Shown here piece by piece: positions 1-13,447 of a stretch of 64,000 bases of DNA. The translations under genes and the position numbers were made by a program. Source of the stretch: a virus (Duplodnaviria; Caudoviricetes). The stretch's first letter is position 1. Each line of letters opens with the position of its first letter. The stretch spans positions 1 to 64,000 of IMG/VR virus record IMGVR_UViG_3300020577_007160; one strand, given 5' to 3'. The notes beneath the pieces are model-generated. The model was given only the letters and a program-made list of their open reading frames with translations. It was not told the DNA's origin and did no database searches.

Positions 1-951
1 TCTGATTCATTTTTATAATCTGTTCCCTTACTTTTTATCTGATCAGAACAAGATTTATAATATTCAAATATAGTCATGATAGTAGTCATCTATCATAAAA
101 GCTGACACAACTAACGGTAGTACTATACATCCGGAAAATACTGCTCTCGCCTTAAGAGTACTAAACATGTACAAGACTTCTCCAGTAATAAACCATGAAA
201 ATAGCCACCAAATAATTCCATATACACCTATAGATAAAAGAACCCATCCTGTTCGATATCTCAATAGATTTTTTATTCTAGTCATAATTTGATTCATCCA
301 ATATCATTGAAACACTAGAAAATTATCCCAGCATTTTAATTGCATTTAATTTGAGATACTTTTGAACCAACTTAAAGAAAGAAGTAGAAAATCTTTTTGA
401 AACCATGATCTTGTTTCCCTGAAATTCTAAAACTCTCGGAGTAAGAACTATGAGATCAGTGCTGCTTTTTAGTGCAATCTCCCAATCTGTTGACCAAGAA
501 TCATACTCATCTGAGTGATTGGTAGCTGGAACATAAGTCACAGAACATTCATCATATAATTTAGAAACTAACCTGTCAAATAACTGCTGTTCCTCTAGTG
601 ATAATTTTCGGCTTTTCCAGAAATTCTTAAGAAAAATCCCAAGAATAATAGAACCTAAAATAACATTCAATACATTATAGATAAACTCTGGAGAACTGAT
701 TGTGACCATTTTAATCCTCGATATAAATTTCTTGAATACTGCAATGGGATTGTTTTGTTGCTTCGGGAAGACATCCAATGGCTTCTCCATGAGAAGCCAA
801 AAGACAATAGATATTCATTGGTTCAAATGCATATGATATATTATTCCAATATAATGGATAAAATAGATTATAGTCATTTGATCTTCCAAATTCTATTTTT
901 TGAATAGCATAACGAATTTTCATAGTTAGGGTAAGAACGTTTGATTAGGAG

Positions 952-1227
952 TTAAACAAAATTAACAATATTATTTGTTATGATGTAATGAGACTTACAA
1001 TCAAATCTTTGGAGAATTGACGGTATTATTGATACCTTTCCATTGACATCCGATACCGACCACTCATTATGCTTCAATGGTAAGCAACATAACGTCTTGC
1101 AACCACAAAAACACAGGTGACAACATACCTTGTATTCTACAGAAATATAAAGTTTATTCTCTTCTAAAATTTCTGGTATGAACTCTACGTAAACTGATTC
1201 TATCAAAACTTTCTTTAGAGTCCTCAT
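952..1227 (-). CDS. DUF6527-like Cys/His-rich (metal-binding) protein
   Basis: HLCFCGC...W...SIIPSI...CKSHYIITN pattern typical of this family. Confidence 0.6.
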   Translation of the reverse strand: MRTLKKVLIESVYVEFIPEILEENKLYISVEYKVCCHLCFCGCKTLCCLPLKHNEWSVSDVNGKVSIIPSILQRFDCKSHYIITNNIVNFV

Positions 1228-3608
1228 AATTTCTCATCAAACAAGTAACATCGAGAATACCAGAAAACTACAGGCTTGAATTCCATGCCCATTATTCTAA
1301 TTAAGTTTTGGGGGTTTTGGCATTCCCCCATAGATTCTATTTTAGAATACCACTTACAATCTTTGCAGGAATCTGGATTACCACATTGATCCCCTGATAT
1401 TGTATCCATATTATTTAAATATTTTATTTCCATCTACGTAAAGTAGTTTTGGCAAAATCTTTTCCGCCAATGTCGAAAAGAGAATCTCGAGAACGGAAGC
1501 CCAAATCCGGTATCCAATCAGAAGAATACCCCTGAGTATTGATCTCTTCCAAACACTTTTTTGCTACTTTTTCTCTAAAATCTTCTTCTGATATATGTTC
1601 CCTCTGTAATAAATATTCTCTCCGTATTTTCGTAATCTCAAAAACAAACGGAATTGACTCCATCAGTTTTCCTACTCTTTCGAGGTTAGATGCCTCGATA
1701 ACACAATCCGTGTGACTTTGTCTCGAAAATGCAGTTACGACCTGCTCCGGAGTCAGGAACACCTTTAGGAAGTGTTGCAAGGTACTACCATCATATAAAG
1801 TAATTTCTGCTCCATCGGAGGAGAAAAGAATTGTTATTTTTCCATCAGATAAAATCATTTCAGAACCTAATTAAAATTATTTATTAAGCACCAGGATATG
1901 GAGGAACGTCTGAAGCACTCTTAAACATTACTTCCCTCAAGATTTCTCTTGCATTACCACCCAATGGCTTCGTATGACCAAACAATTCAAGAGACTCTTG
2001 CATCAAATCAACATCTTCGGAAACCCCAATAATAGAAAGTATCTTTAGATATATTTCCAATCTCTCTGTTGGATACTTATAATGTTGAAAATAATAGTTT
2101 TGGTCTTCCTCTAATATTGCTACTATTCTTCTGAGTTTTTCTTTGTTATCCATTTTTCATGAAAATAATTGTGAAGATAATTTCCAAAAGTTTGCCCAAC
2201 CAGACTCACTATGATTACATAGAGAGGAAACAATTTGATTGTCATAGATAATTCTTTACTTTGGGAAAGAATCATTAATTCAGCCAAGATAACTAATCCC
2301 CACATCAAAGGATTTTTTATCATTGATTTGAAAACAAAAGAAAATTCCTGATATAAAGTAGTCATTGTAGTATGTAAGTAGTTATTGAAGCCCAGTAAAT
2401 TCGATTAGTTTTCATCAGATTTCTCTGAGTCTTCTTTTGGAAATAGATATACTTCTTTATATAAAAATTCCTTTGATATTAACTCCCCTATATCACAACC
2501 CTTTATCATAGAAAATTTATGAGTTAATACCTCATAACTAAATCTACGCATCAAATCATTACTAAAACTCCAAATGATTATATCTGACTTTATATTGATA
2601 AAGGTGTCACAATCCTCTCTCAATACTATTTTTGTGGTTTTGTCTGCTATAAAATTATAGAATTTTTCTATCCCACCTAGTGTTTCAATTGCTTTTTTGA
2701 AAGCAGTATTTATAGCGTTTCTGTCAAAGACTTCATTTTCGATTTCTTGACAATACTTTTCCGCTTCTGAAAGAGTATCAAATTTATCTTTAATGTAAAA
2801 GAACGGGGAATCAACAGTATATTTATCGTTGCGTTCTTCTATTGTGTAGGTCGTTACGCTATTATTCGCAATGTAACTTCCTCCTCGTGTTTGTGTAAAA
2901 ACTAACTTCATTCTTTCCCCATCGAATTAATTATTAGAATCTGGCAAGTTGTTCAATTTTCTCTAAAGGATAGGGTTCAACACTATCTAACTCCATTCCA
3001 TTACAAGATATTATTATGTAATCAGACCATTACAGGATATTATTATGTAATCAGAACAGATTCTTGATAACTTTCGTTCTGCTTGTGAATAATTTTCCCC
3101 AAATAATGAAATCTCTGCTGTTTGACTTCCATTCCCAAATGGGACTTTTATAACAAAATTATAAATTCGTTGGTTCAAATTCGAACCAAAAGACTCCTGA
3201 ACTTCTGGATTGATGAAAAGATCCTGAATCTCTGTTCTTATTGCATCTGTTAAAAGCGCAACAGAATTGTTCTTTTCATAAAAAACTTTTGTACCCGCGA
3301 GAGAATCACAATAACTCTCTTCTACCAGATTTTGCAATGTTGTGACAAATTTCTTAAATATCTCTACCATTATCTTCCCCTTCTTTGAATTTCCGATTTG
3401 ATTAATTTTTCTATATCTTTTACTAAAATTTCCCCTTCAGGGAAATTAAGGTTTTGTTCCTTCAAGAGTTTCTTCCCTTCTTCTGAAGAATCTCCTATTG
3501 ATTCTGATTTATTGAAATAAACTTCAAGAATATAAATAACAAGATGTAATTGAGAATCTTCCAATTTTCGAAGTTTGTTTCTTATAATAGAAACTTCATC
3601 TGGTGACC

Positions 3609-3788
3609 TCATATTGTTTCCTCATGTAACCGATTGCCTATCAACCATTCAGACCTCAAATCCTCATCTGCTTGAAGTTGAGCCACGAGGCTCGAAATAT
3701 TTTCTTCTTCAGACTCTACCAAGAAAATAACAAGTTCTCCAGGTAACGCGTCTTCATCAAAGATGAAATTTAATTTAGATTTAAACAT
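3609..3788 (-). CDS. Small acidic hypothetical protein (59 aa, below ORF-track cutoff)
   Basis: ATG at 3788 reads MFKSKLNFIFDEDALPGELVIFLVESEEENISSLVAQLQADEDLRSEWLIGNRLHEETI*. Its stop overlaps the start of 3370..3612 (ATGA) and it fills the intergenic gap. Confidence 0.65.
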   Translation of the reverse strand: MFKSKLNFIFDEDALPGELVIFLVESEEENISSLVAQLQADEDLRSEWLIGNRLHEETI

Positions 3789-4177
3789 TGTAATTCCCCC
3801 AGAATTATTAATCGGATATATTAGTATTCAGCATAGAGACGTTTATCTGTCAAATAGTCCGAGAGAGCATCGTAATCAAAATCATGATTGACAAGATATC
3901 TTGCTTCCCAATTCATCCAAAACAACTCCTCACTCTCCAACATTTTTCTGAATTTTTCCTCGGTGATAGATTTTCCTTTGAACGTATAATCCCCATTTTC
4001 AAACCGAACAACCTCAGGATTTCTTTCTGAGGAAAGAGAACAACGATCCGTTTTATTTTGGTACAAAGATTCCATTACTACAGCTTTAGGTTTCTTGGAT
4101 TTCATTGGATTGCCTCAATTGGATGTTGCTAAATTTTTACTACCCATCAAAGAACGTCTAACACTCTATAAAAAGAA

Positions 4178-4217
4178 AACTCCGATTCAAAATTCTAAAA
4201 GAATCTTAACCGGAGTT
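4178..4217 (-). terminator. Intrinsic terminator
   Basis: AACTCCG...CGGAGTT with A-tract on the plus side; abuts promoter motif at 4151. Confidence 0.6.
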
Positions 4218-4247
4218 CCTGAAATGTTTGGATTTTAAGAACTTGTA

Positions 4248-4880
4248 CTATACTTTGAAAAGATATGTTATATCAATCAGTTCTTCAAACACCCGATAGT
4301 ACCCTTCCGAGTGACCTCGTTCCCAAGCCATGTCCCACACTTTTGCTCTATTGGCGGGTGGAACAAAATCCATTCTTCCCATGAATTCTACCACTGATCG
4401 CAACAACGTATTGATCTGATTGTTTCTTGCTTCACATTGAGCTACTCTGCTTTTGTATGCAGCAAGATTCTTTCCAGAAACAGTTTTGATATTCAGTTTT
4501 TCTGGTGGGGAAATTCGCAGGGCTTCCAATTCCGCTATTATTTTTCGAGTTGAACTATAGTGCGAGTCATCGGGCACGGCTTCAAGCCGTTTCCGTATTG
4601 AAACCCATGTTGGGATTGGATCAAGTTCTGAAAATGCACCTAAAACTTCTTGTTGAAACAATTGGAACAATTCCTTTGCATCATAAAATTTTGGTGACGT
4701 GTGAGATCCTCGTGATGCCCCACACTCTACCCATACAAGGTTTTCGCCAACTTTTGTCAACTGAGCTACAAATCGTCGCGTAGTTGATACGTCTGAAACG
4801 TAAGCATTGACCCATTCCAGAAATTTAATTGGGATATCGGCAGAGTCAAAATCATTTGTTGAACTTTCTGCGTCTTTCAT
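4248..4880 (-). CDS. Hypothetical protein, paralogue family A
   Basis: C-terminal KVWDMAWERGHSEGYYRVFEEL matches neighbour 4900..5337. Confidence 0.75.
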   Translation of the reverse strand: MKDAESSTNDFDSADIPIKFLEWVNAYVSDVSTTRRFVAQLTKVGENLVWVECGASRGSHTSPKFYDAKELFQLFQQEVLGAFSELDPIPTWVSIRKRLEAVPDDSHYSSTRKIIAELEALRISPPEKLNIKTVSGKNLAAYKSRVAQCEARNNQINTLLRSVVEFMGRMDFVPPANRAKVWDMAWERGHSEGYYRVFEELIDITYLFKV

Positions 4881-4899
4881 TTTATTATCCTATAATTTA

Positions 4900-5337
4900 T
4901 TATAAATCAAAAATACTGACGAATTTGCACAACTGATCAAATACCGTATGAAACCCATCAGAATGCCCTGTATCATATGCCAGATTCCACACTCTTGATT
5001 GATATTTTTCTGGAATAGAGTAAAGTCCGGATTCTTGTTTTATGTACTCAGTAATAACAGATTGTATCTGATTTTCTCTTTCCTGATAAGCGTCTCTTTT
5101 TATTTTATATTCCTCATATGCTGCTTCATAAGATTCAACTTCTTTGGTAAAAGATTTTAATTCTTCTGAACTCAATTGCCCCACACCTTTAGTTGGAGGT
5201 GTTGGTTTCTTTGGTGGTCGTGGATAATCCCCATATTGATTTTCTGCCCAATGGATAGCAGCATAACCCGAATCGGCTGAGAACTCTGACTGGAGTCTTT
5301 CAACTGTTATTTCTTTTACATCTAGTACGTTAGGCAT
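4900..5337 (-). CDS. Hypothetical protein, paralogue family A
   Basis: C-terminal RVWNLAYDTGHSDGFHTVFDQL after a coiled-coil segment. Confidence 0.75.
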   Translation of the reverse strand: MPNVLDVKEITVERLQSEFSADSGYAAIHWAENQYGDYPRPPKKPTPPTKGVGQLSSEELKSFTKEVESYEAAYEEYKIKRDAYQERENQIQSVITEYIKQESGLYSIPEKYQSRVWNLAYDTGHSDGFHTVFDQLCKFVSIFDL

Positions 5338-5811
5338 GTTTGATTTTAAATAAGTAAAACAACATTAGGACAAGAAGAACGTCCAGTATTATATAAGTTC
5401 TAAGAACATAGATTTCAATAATGATTTACCAATTTGGGATTATTGCAGGATTAACCAATGTAACAAATTTTCTATATTCATCAGGGATGATACCAAATTT
5501 GTCATTTTTAATGAGTCCATTACAATAGTTCTGAAATCCAAATGATAAACATTCATAAAATGCTTTCCAATTTTGATCAGAATTTAAACAAACTCTTTCT
5601 TGAGTTTCTTCATTACATGCCCAAACAACAATCTTAGAAAGATACCCAAAATCCTCTTCTCTCCAAAGTGAGATTCTTTGGTTCTTGCTAAACCAATTTT
5701 CAACAATAGTAACAGATTTTGGATTCAATGTTGATGCTGTCATGTTTGAACCTTTGAGAACTGAAAATTTTCAATTGCTACCCCGAGAACGTACAACATC
5801 AGATAAAACAA

Positions 5812-5928
5812 AATCCCAATCAAGGAACTTACAGCACAGTTCACTCAATTGGGATTCATTATCACTTACTACTCAAAACGTATTCAGGAGTATAGCGGAG
5901 GAAATATCGAGCCAGTAAATGATTTAAT
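5812..5928 (-). ncRNA. Candidate small non-coding RNA
   Basis: Minus-strand AGTTATATA element at 5929-5937, then ~115 nt with no ATG-initiated ORF before the hairpin, ending in a long hairpin (AATCCCAAT 5812-5820 / ATTGGGATT 5848-5856) and a T-tract. Confidence 0.3.
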
Positions 5929-8900
5929 TATATAACTCTAAAATTTTAACAATAACAAAATTTATTTTTCGTTATTAATTTTCTATCAAAGAATTTTGAA
6001 TTGCAATTCTTGCTTCTATCCCTTCTGGAAACATATTGTTCCCCTGCTCATCTAGGAACTCTTCATTTCCGTTTTCGTCTTTTACAAAAAAATATCTTTG
6101 AGAATGTTGTTGTTCTTTGATGAGTCCTTGGATTTCATCAACCAAACGTTGAAGTTCTTGACAGTATTCTTGATGTGTCATTTTAAATGATTTTCACTAT
6201 TATCTATAGATTTAATTTTCCATACTTCTGAATTAACTTCAGATTCACGACGAACGATTTCTTCCTCAATATCTTTTAATTTTCTTTGAGTTTCTTTTAG
6301 TTCAAGATTTAAATCAAACAAAGACAATTCAGAAATTGTAAAACCTTTATTATAAATTTCATTTGGATGATGGTAATAATCCGCGATCCAATCGCCAAAG
6401 TTGAAATCCCCGTCTCCATCTATTCTATAGATGGCAGCATTGTCCCCTGGATCACCTTCCATGCTCATTACCAATAAGGTTGGATGGGGGGAATCATTTT
6501 CTGGTTGTTTTGTATTTGGATATATTTCATAGTGATATAAATAACATAAGTGATCAACTGCATTTAAGAATTCTAACATTCTAACAGTAAATCCACCTGG
6601 ATTAAGTTTTCGAGATTCTACTTCCAATAATGACATTTAATTTCCTTCAAATTCTGCTTTGAGAACTAAGTAATTTCTATATCTATCTTCTCTATTTCTC
6701 TTTTCCATTTTTTGATTGCTTACCATTCTTTCCTGATATTCCTCATCGGTTTCGAGGCGAGGTCTCCAAACAATGATTCCGACTTCAGAAAAATAAAATA
6801 CATCATCTGGTAAGAATTTTTCTAGTGGTAAATCTTTAATCAATATACGACTGGATATTTCATTAGCATACTGAAAGATTTCATCATATTTTATTATTTT
6901 CTTGTCATTTTCCATTTATTATCTCCTCTTGTGTAAATATTGGTTTAACAGGTCTGATCACCATTTTCTGAAAATACTAAGTCCCAAAATAATCCAGATT
7001 CACTTAACAATACCCAAATAGCGAGATCAATATTAGGATTTCCTGTAACATTAGAAACTCGAAAATACTTATGAAAATCCTCTATACCACACTTTTCTAA
7101 GATCACTTGGACTTCAGATTCAAATGCTCGCAGTAAGTAATATAATGGTCTTTCTTTATCCTTGGTCTTTGTAATTTTATCAAACTTATCCAAAAGGTCT
7201 TTGGCATTCATAGTTAGTCTTTCTTCAAAAGATGCTTCTCATAATCCAAACCAAAAATTTCCGCTGGATCAATATCCAAACAATCAAGAATATCTTTTGT
7301 CCATAAAAATAGATAATTATTTCTTAACTCAACTGTTAGTCCAGAATTAGTAACAAAGTAATCAGAAATTATTTTATTCCAATCCCCTAACAGGTTAAGA
7401 GGTATAGAAATAAACACCCCATCTAAATATCGATGATAATACCATTCTAATTTATTAGTAACTATAAATTGCTTGAATTCCTCTGCCTTATTTTTAATAA
7501 TATATTGTTCAAGTTCACTTGCTTTGACCATATCAATACTCTTTAATAAATATTCGAATAACACCTATGATAGAACGTTTTCAGCAAATCTAAAATCTTT
7601 TAGTCTTTGCTCCTACTAAATTTTTCATATTCCCTACGGAATTCATCGGTGAATTCTCTATTAATCTTTACATTTATATCAATATAATCTGGACGGTGAT
7701 AAGTAGAAATTTTCAAGGAAGGTAAAGTAAAATCATCATAAGGGCAAACAATGCAGAAACTCGCATTCTCCTCATACTTAACACTGAGTTCTAAATATGA
7801 ATTACATTCGTATTTTGTTACAATCGAATCTGGATCTTTTAATTTAGAGAGAAAACCTTGCAGAACCTTTTGTTGAGATGCTTCTTGCGATCTAATATAT
7901 TTTAAAATTAAAACACATCCAATAATTACCAACACAAGTGATATCGGCAAGAAAATAGTAGTAAAATTCAAAGAAGATGTTATCATTTTATATATATATT
8001 ATACTTTTAATATTCCTGTTGATCCATCGGGTTTCCGAACTCCAACATAACCAATATAGATTTCTACAAGTTCACACATTCTTTCCTGTGTTGCTATTCG
8101 CAGGTACTCATCAGCGGATTCTCGAGTAGGGAAAGGTAATGCAGGCTCAGATGTCCATTTAACCTTTCCATCATAACCTACACCAGTAAAAAAGAAGTCA
8201 GATCCAGTCTCTGAAACTAAACTCCTGATAACATAAGATTTCATCATTTTGTTTTCCTCATTATTTGTACAACATCTGCTCTCTGTTCTCCAAATTCAAT
8301 TAATATATCAATTAAAGCGTCCATTAAGTTAGGGCATAATCCAGAAATACTTTTACCATCATCGAGTATTAAATAACAAGGAGAAGCAGAAAAGAATTCT
8401 ACTGTAAGTTTATGACCTGGACATCCTTCCTGTGGGTTACAGTCTTCATAACATTTGTATGTTCGTTCTGCTTTAAGGTAACTCATTTTATTTTTCTAAA
8501 ATATTGATAAATCCACAGGGCTTCCAGTCACCTCCAATAAATACTTCAAATTGTTCTAACACTTCTCCTGGTAGATACTCATTATTACCTCCAATATAAA
8601 TCTTACCCGATTGAACTCCGGTGATTACGTACCTATCTCCTGATGCTTTCCCCCGAACTATTGCACCAACAAGAACTTCATTTGGAGTCCATGCTCGATG
8701 AGATTCCATTTCTTTTATATATATTGTGCCTTTGTTCCAGTAAGAGACCTACCATAAGAATCTAACCAAATAGCATCCCAGTCTCTACCTTCAAACAATT
8801 TGAAAACAATCAAAACACCATCATCGGAAAAGAAAACTGGAAACACTTCTCGAGTTGAATCCTCAATCATTACATATCTTTTTTCTTTACTTATTTTATT

Positions 8901-10238
8901 CATATAATTTAAAGAATTTGGATAAGATTAAACCAACAATAATACCCATACCATAAACCAGCCACCAACACAAATTCCAAATAAATCTAGAATAATAGGA
9001 ACGTTTTCCGTTAGGATTGATTACAGTGTAATCATTAAAACTGCGATAATCTTTCATGTTCCAAGGGTAATGATTGAAATAATCTTGTTTTGTTTATTCG
9101 TTCCCATTCTTCTCGCAATTTCAGAACAACAGACTTGGTCGTTCTTATTATTTCGTGGGATTCTGAACCATGTTTACTAGAGATTTTCTTTATACTAATG
9201 TAATATTTATCATCTGAAGCATCAGGATAATGGTGGATATTTATATAATTTTCTTTAAATTCCAAAGAAATTAACCATGCATTATCCCTACCTGTTTTAA
9301 AAGAGGCAGATAAATAGGTTTCCATTTTTAATTTTATAGCTTCTAATAAATCTACGTCTTCCACATTATTCTTCTCTCTACGAAAATCCTTCATTTGCTT
9401 TCTTGCTATGAAAATTAAAATAATCCCACACAAGAAAACAACAGAACTCACTATGAAAAAGAATGTAATCATTATTTAGAATGTGAGAAAATAACAATAA
9501 AACTAAACAATAATCCTAGTATAAAAAATGAACCTATAATAGAACAAAATATCAACCCTAATTTTAGATTAGAAATCCTATAACATTTATCATACTTTCT
9601 AAAATAGAGAGTTACTTGTTTAGATTTCATTTAAAAATTAAATTATAAATAATAAAAAGAGGCAGGGATAAAAATATTCCAAGTATCCAACCCAATCCGG
9701 CTAAGAAGAAAAGAGCACAATAAAATTGAAATCTGGAATAAAAAGTAGTTGAGCCATCAACATCATCAAAACAAAGATAGTCTCTTGTATCATCGTAATA
9801 ATTACTCATCTGAAATTGTTAAAGCTGGAACAATACTAATAGGTAATAATATAAGAATAGAAATTATAATGAATATGACCTTCACTCCAATACCCCAATT
9901 ATAAGAGTCAAAATTCCCAGTCAGAAAAGAAACCAAAGTATAAGCAAATAGATTTAAAAAAGAATACCAACCAATACATATTGAAATCTTTTTCATTTAA
10001 CCTCTAAAATTCATTTTTAATTGTTTTATATCCACCATCACTGGACATCCAAAAAGGTTCTTGAGATCTTTGATACTCAACATTATCCATTACTGTTTGG
10101 ACATTATTGATGTCTTCCATCAAACACTTTTTGTGTTCATGATAAAATGGTAGAATCGTCAGATGTTCTTCTCCACGCCAATGCATTATCTTTTCTTTGC
10201 ACTTATGACAAACTGAATAAAGATTATTACCCATGGTA

Positions 10239-10667
10239 TTAAAAAGTTCTAATATAGCTTGTTAAATCAATAGAAAATTTAGGAGTAGAATGGGCAAAAG
10301 GATCTACGTCATTAGGTTCTGCTAATTCTGCCCAATATGTTATGGAAGTCCCTTGTTCCTCATTGCCTTCTACCCACCATGAATATGGCTTGAAATTCCC
10401 AACATGTTCGTCACAAAACTTCTCAACTTTCCAACGTGGGACATTTTCATATAAGGGTTTTCCAGTAACACTATCAATCCCGATTGGGTGCTCAATATGA
10501 GGACAAGGTATTTGTCCTAATTTCATCTTCTCGCGTTGTGCTATTGTTATCCCAATGCTGATACGTGCAACGCAATATGTACCATCACGCTTCAGGGCTA
10601 AGACCTGAACTCTTTCCTTTGGAAGACATTCATGAACGGAAAACCATTTTAATTCTTGTATCATCAT
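10239..10667 (-). CDS. DUF551-like phage protein
   Basis: N-terminal WFSVHECLPKERVQVLA and C-terminal ITYWAELAEP (W.SV...LP / THW..LP.P pattern). Confidence 0.6.
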   Translation of the reverse strand: MMIQELKWFSVHECLPKERVQVLALKRDGTYCVARISIGITIAQREKMKLGQIPCPHIEHPIGIDSVTGKPLYENVPRWKVEKFCDEHVGNFKPYSWWVEGNEEQGTSITYWAELAEPNDVDPFAHSTPKFSIDLTSYIRTF

Positions 10668-10990
10668 TATTTACTAGCAATAAAATTGAATACAAACACA
10701 ATGGAATTTAAAATGAACAATATCAAGCAAAGGAAATCGAACGTTTCTAAAAATGTAAATTTCATACCAGATCCTAATTTTAGTAGATTTCTACAATGAC
10801 TCCGAAAACTCCAAAAATTCAAAATACAAAGGAGAATCGTCATACTAAAAGAAACATTTAGTATTTCAATTAGGAATGTTGATTGAAATAAAATAATAGA
10901 ACCTATGAATTCAATAACTGATAACAAACAAATGAGTTTCAATAACTCCATTTTAGAATGAAAATACCCAAGAAAATAAGAATCCATAAT

Positions 10991-11467
10991 TTAATGTTGT
11001 ATTAATTCTAAGCCAATTCCAAATGAACTTATTTCAGGAACGACGTAATAATCATAAAATTTTATTCTAGCATAAAAAGTAAGTTCAATTTTTGAATCTA
11101 AAAGTTCTCGTAGTATCCTCCCATCAGGAGTATCTGAAATAATGAAAGTGCCAATTATACTACCTTTGTTGTCGTCATCATATTCCCAGACTTTGCAACA
11201 TTCTTCAGAATTAAATATTAAATCTCCATCTTTATCAAACGTATTCAAAGTATAATAAACAGGTTTCATTCTGTTACTAAACTTCGCAGAAAGCAATAAA
11301 TTTCTTAAACTTCTACTCTGAAAATTTTTAAAAGAATATCCGAAAATTTTACAACAAAACTTATCAGCTTCTTTGTAATAACTTAATCCATCCTTGAGAG
11401 ATTTAACATTCTCTAATGGTGACAAAAGAGGAACAGCAACTAATTCTGAAATTATTGTTTTAATCAT
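10991..11467 (-). CDS. Hypothetical protein with degenerate T4 gp21-type prohead-protease-like C-terminal segment
   Basis: GTFIISDTPDGRILRELLDSKIELTFYAR resembles the ILDTPxGxIxxxLxxxGxxLGxSSRG motif, but SSRG is replaced by YARI. Confidence 0.4.
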   Translation of the reverse strand: MIKTIISELVAVPLLSPLENVKSLKDGLSYYKEADKFCCKIFGYSFKNFQSRSLRNLLLSAKFSNRMKPVYYTLNTFDKDGDLIFNSEECCKVWEYDDDNKGSIIGTFIISDTPDGRILRELLDSKIELTFYARIKFYDYYVVPEISSFGIGLELIQH

Positions 11468-11797
11468 TGAGATTTTAAATTATATCGGTCTAAAAAGTAG
11501 AAAACCGAAATATATATATGTATATCTACTTTTGATTCAATAATTGCAGGTATTGATTTATCTTGATATTTCAATACCCACACATTTTCTGGATCAATTG
11601 GATTATACATTAGAATAAAACCATTTCCAAATTTCTTATCATAGGTAACAATACCATTGTGAATCTGTTGTTCAAATCCGAGCTGAAGTAATTCTGGAAT
11701 CAATACATGAAATGGAACTCTTTTATTTGTGGGTTCTGTTCCTATTATTTTACCAGGAATTTCGAACCGAGGATAATTAGAAAATCTTTCCATGATT

Positions 11798-12729
11798 TTA
11801 GAAAATATACTCATGATTATTTAATAATCTAGTATTGAACTCTTCTTGCGTTTCTACCATTGGTCTCTTGACTCTTAAATACTTTATATTAGAACGAACA
11901 ACGACATCTATATCAATGATATCTGTTGGTTCAATATTTAAAGTATTCAAAAACGAGATTGTTATTTCTGAATGTATAGGTAAAGTTATGTCATGAACAG
12001 TAAGAAGGTAATGCTTGGGTTCTGTGGTAACTACTGTAACATTACGTCCCATAACATTTTTAATAATCCAATTACCCTTTTGAGGTAGGATAATATGGAA
12101 ATATCCATCCCCTGTGAGCTCACGGCTTTTCTCTGCCCAAAAATATGAACCTTCTTCATCCTCTCGTAAGCAAACATATTTTGTGTCCTTCGGGACTACA
12201 ATAGTAAGTTCCATAATTTTTATTTCCCCTTTTGAAAGTTTAAAACACGAGTATATTTTTTCAATCTTTCCAATCTCTCATTAAATTCTAAATCGGATTC
12301 AGGTGAATGTTCTCGGATACTTAAAACTTTCAATCCATTTCGATAATCTTTATAAATATGGACAAAACACGAGGATGAAAATTCCTTTAAAGTAGAATAC
12401 TCAATATTCTGATTTATTGGTATCTTAAATTCTTGTACTATTTTCTGAGTCTTAATTCTTTCCAACTTTCGTAATGAAACAGAAATAAAATCTGAATATC
12501 TTTTATGATTCATAATTACCCAATTACCTTCTGGTAAAGGTATTCTATATTCAAAATTCTCATAAATGAGACAATAGTACGAATCTTTATTTTCTCCAGA
12601 AACTACAAATTTTATTATATCACAATTACTGTCTTTGTCTGGAAAAGAAATTACAAATGGTTCTACAATTTTAGAATTCTGAGACGTATCAAAGAATTGA
12701 CCTATTAATTCTGTTTTCACTGTATTCAT
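11798..12729 (-). CDS. Two tandem paralogues (11798..12214, 12220..12729), family B; C-terminal motif shared with 6637..6915
   Basis: LPQKGNWII / LPEGNWVI; C-terminal ETQEEFNTRL / ESDLEFNERL / ETDEEYQERM. Confidence 0.65.
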
Positions 12730-13414
12730 TTAATCTACTATCTTACATAAATTGGAACAACACTAAATTCTTGATCAGATGCATAGAAATTATATATAGG
12801 GTTCTGACTATAGTAACTTTCAATAAAATCTTCTGCCTTTTCAACAGTGTCAAACTTAGCAGCATAATCCGTAAACTCTACCCATTTATCACTTCTACAA
12901 CTAGATATGGAAACATCCCCTTCTTGTGCTTTTCTAGAAAGATATAGAGAAGAATGTCGAGAACAGGACACTACCTGAATCACAAATACTTTACGCATTA
13001 GATTCCTTTGATAATTGATTTCTATATTGTTGAAATCTTTCTTCTGCTGCTCCTACAGCCATGCCTTCAGCATAAGAATAGAGATTAGTTTGATCTAACA
13101 ATTGTTCTATTATTGCTAATTGCTCAGGAGGCATGAATCTCAAGAACTCGTACTTATCCTTATATTGTTCCAATATGTCTTCTGTGAAACAATCTGAGTC
13201 CTCTGCCTTGTAATAATATCCTTCTATATGCCAACCTTTATAGTTATGAAGTTCATCAACTCCAACCACTGCTTTGGTATAATGGACTATTGAACCATCA
13301 GAGTTTTTATGCTCGAGTTGAACATGAGCATATTTCTTTCGTATTGTAGGTTTTTCCATAAAATCTAATGTGATAATAATACTGACAAGAACGTACAATC
13401 TCTACTAAAATAAA

Positions 13415-13447
13415 AGAGAACAAACTCATTTTATGAGAATGTTCTCT
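13415..13447 (-). terminator. Intrinsic terminator
   Basis: AGAGAACA..CTCAT-TTT-ATGAG..TGTTCTCT; abuts promoter at 13388. Confidence 0.7.
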
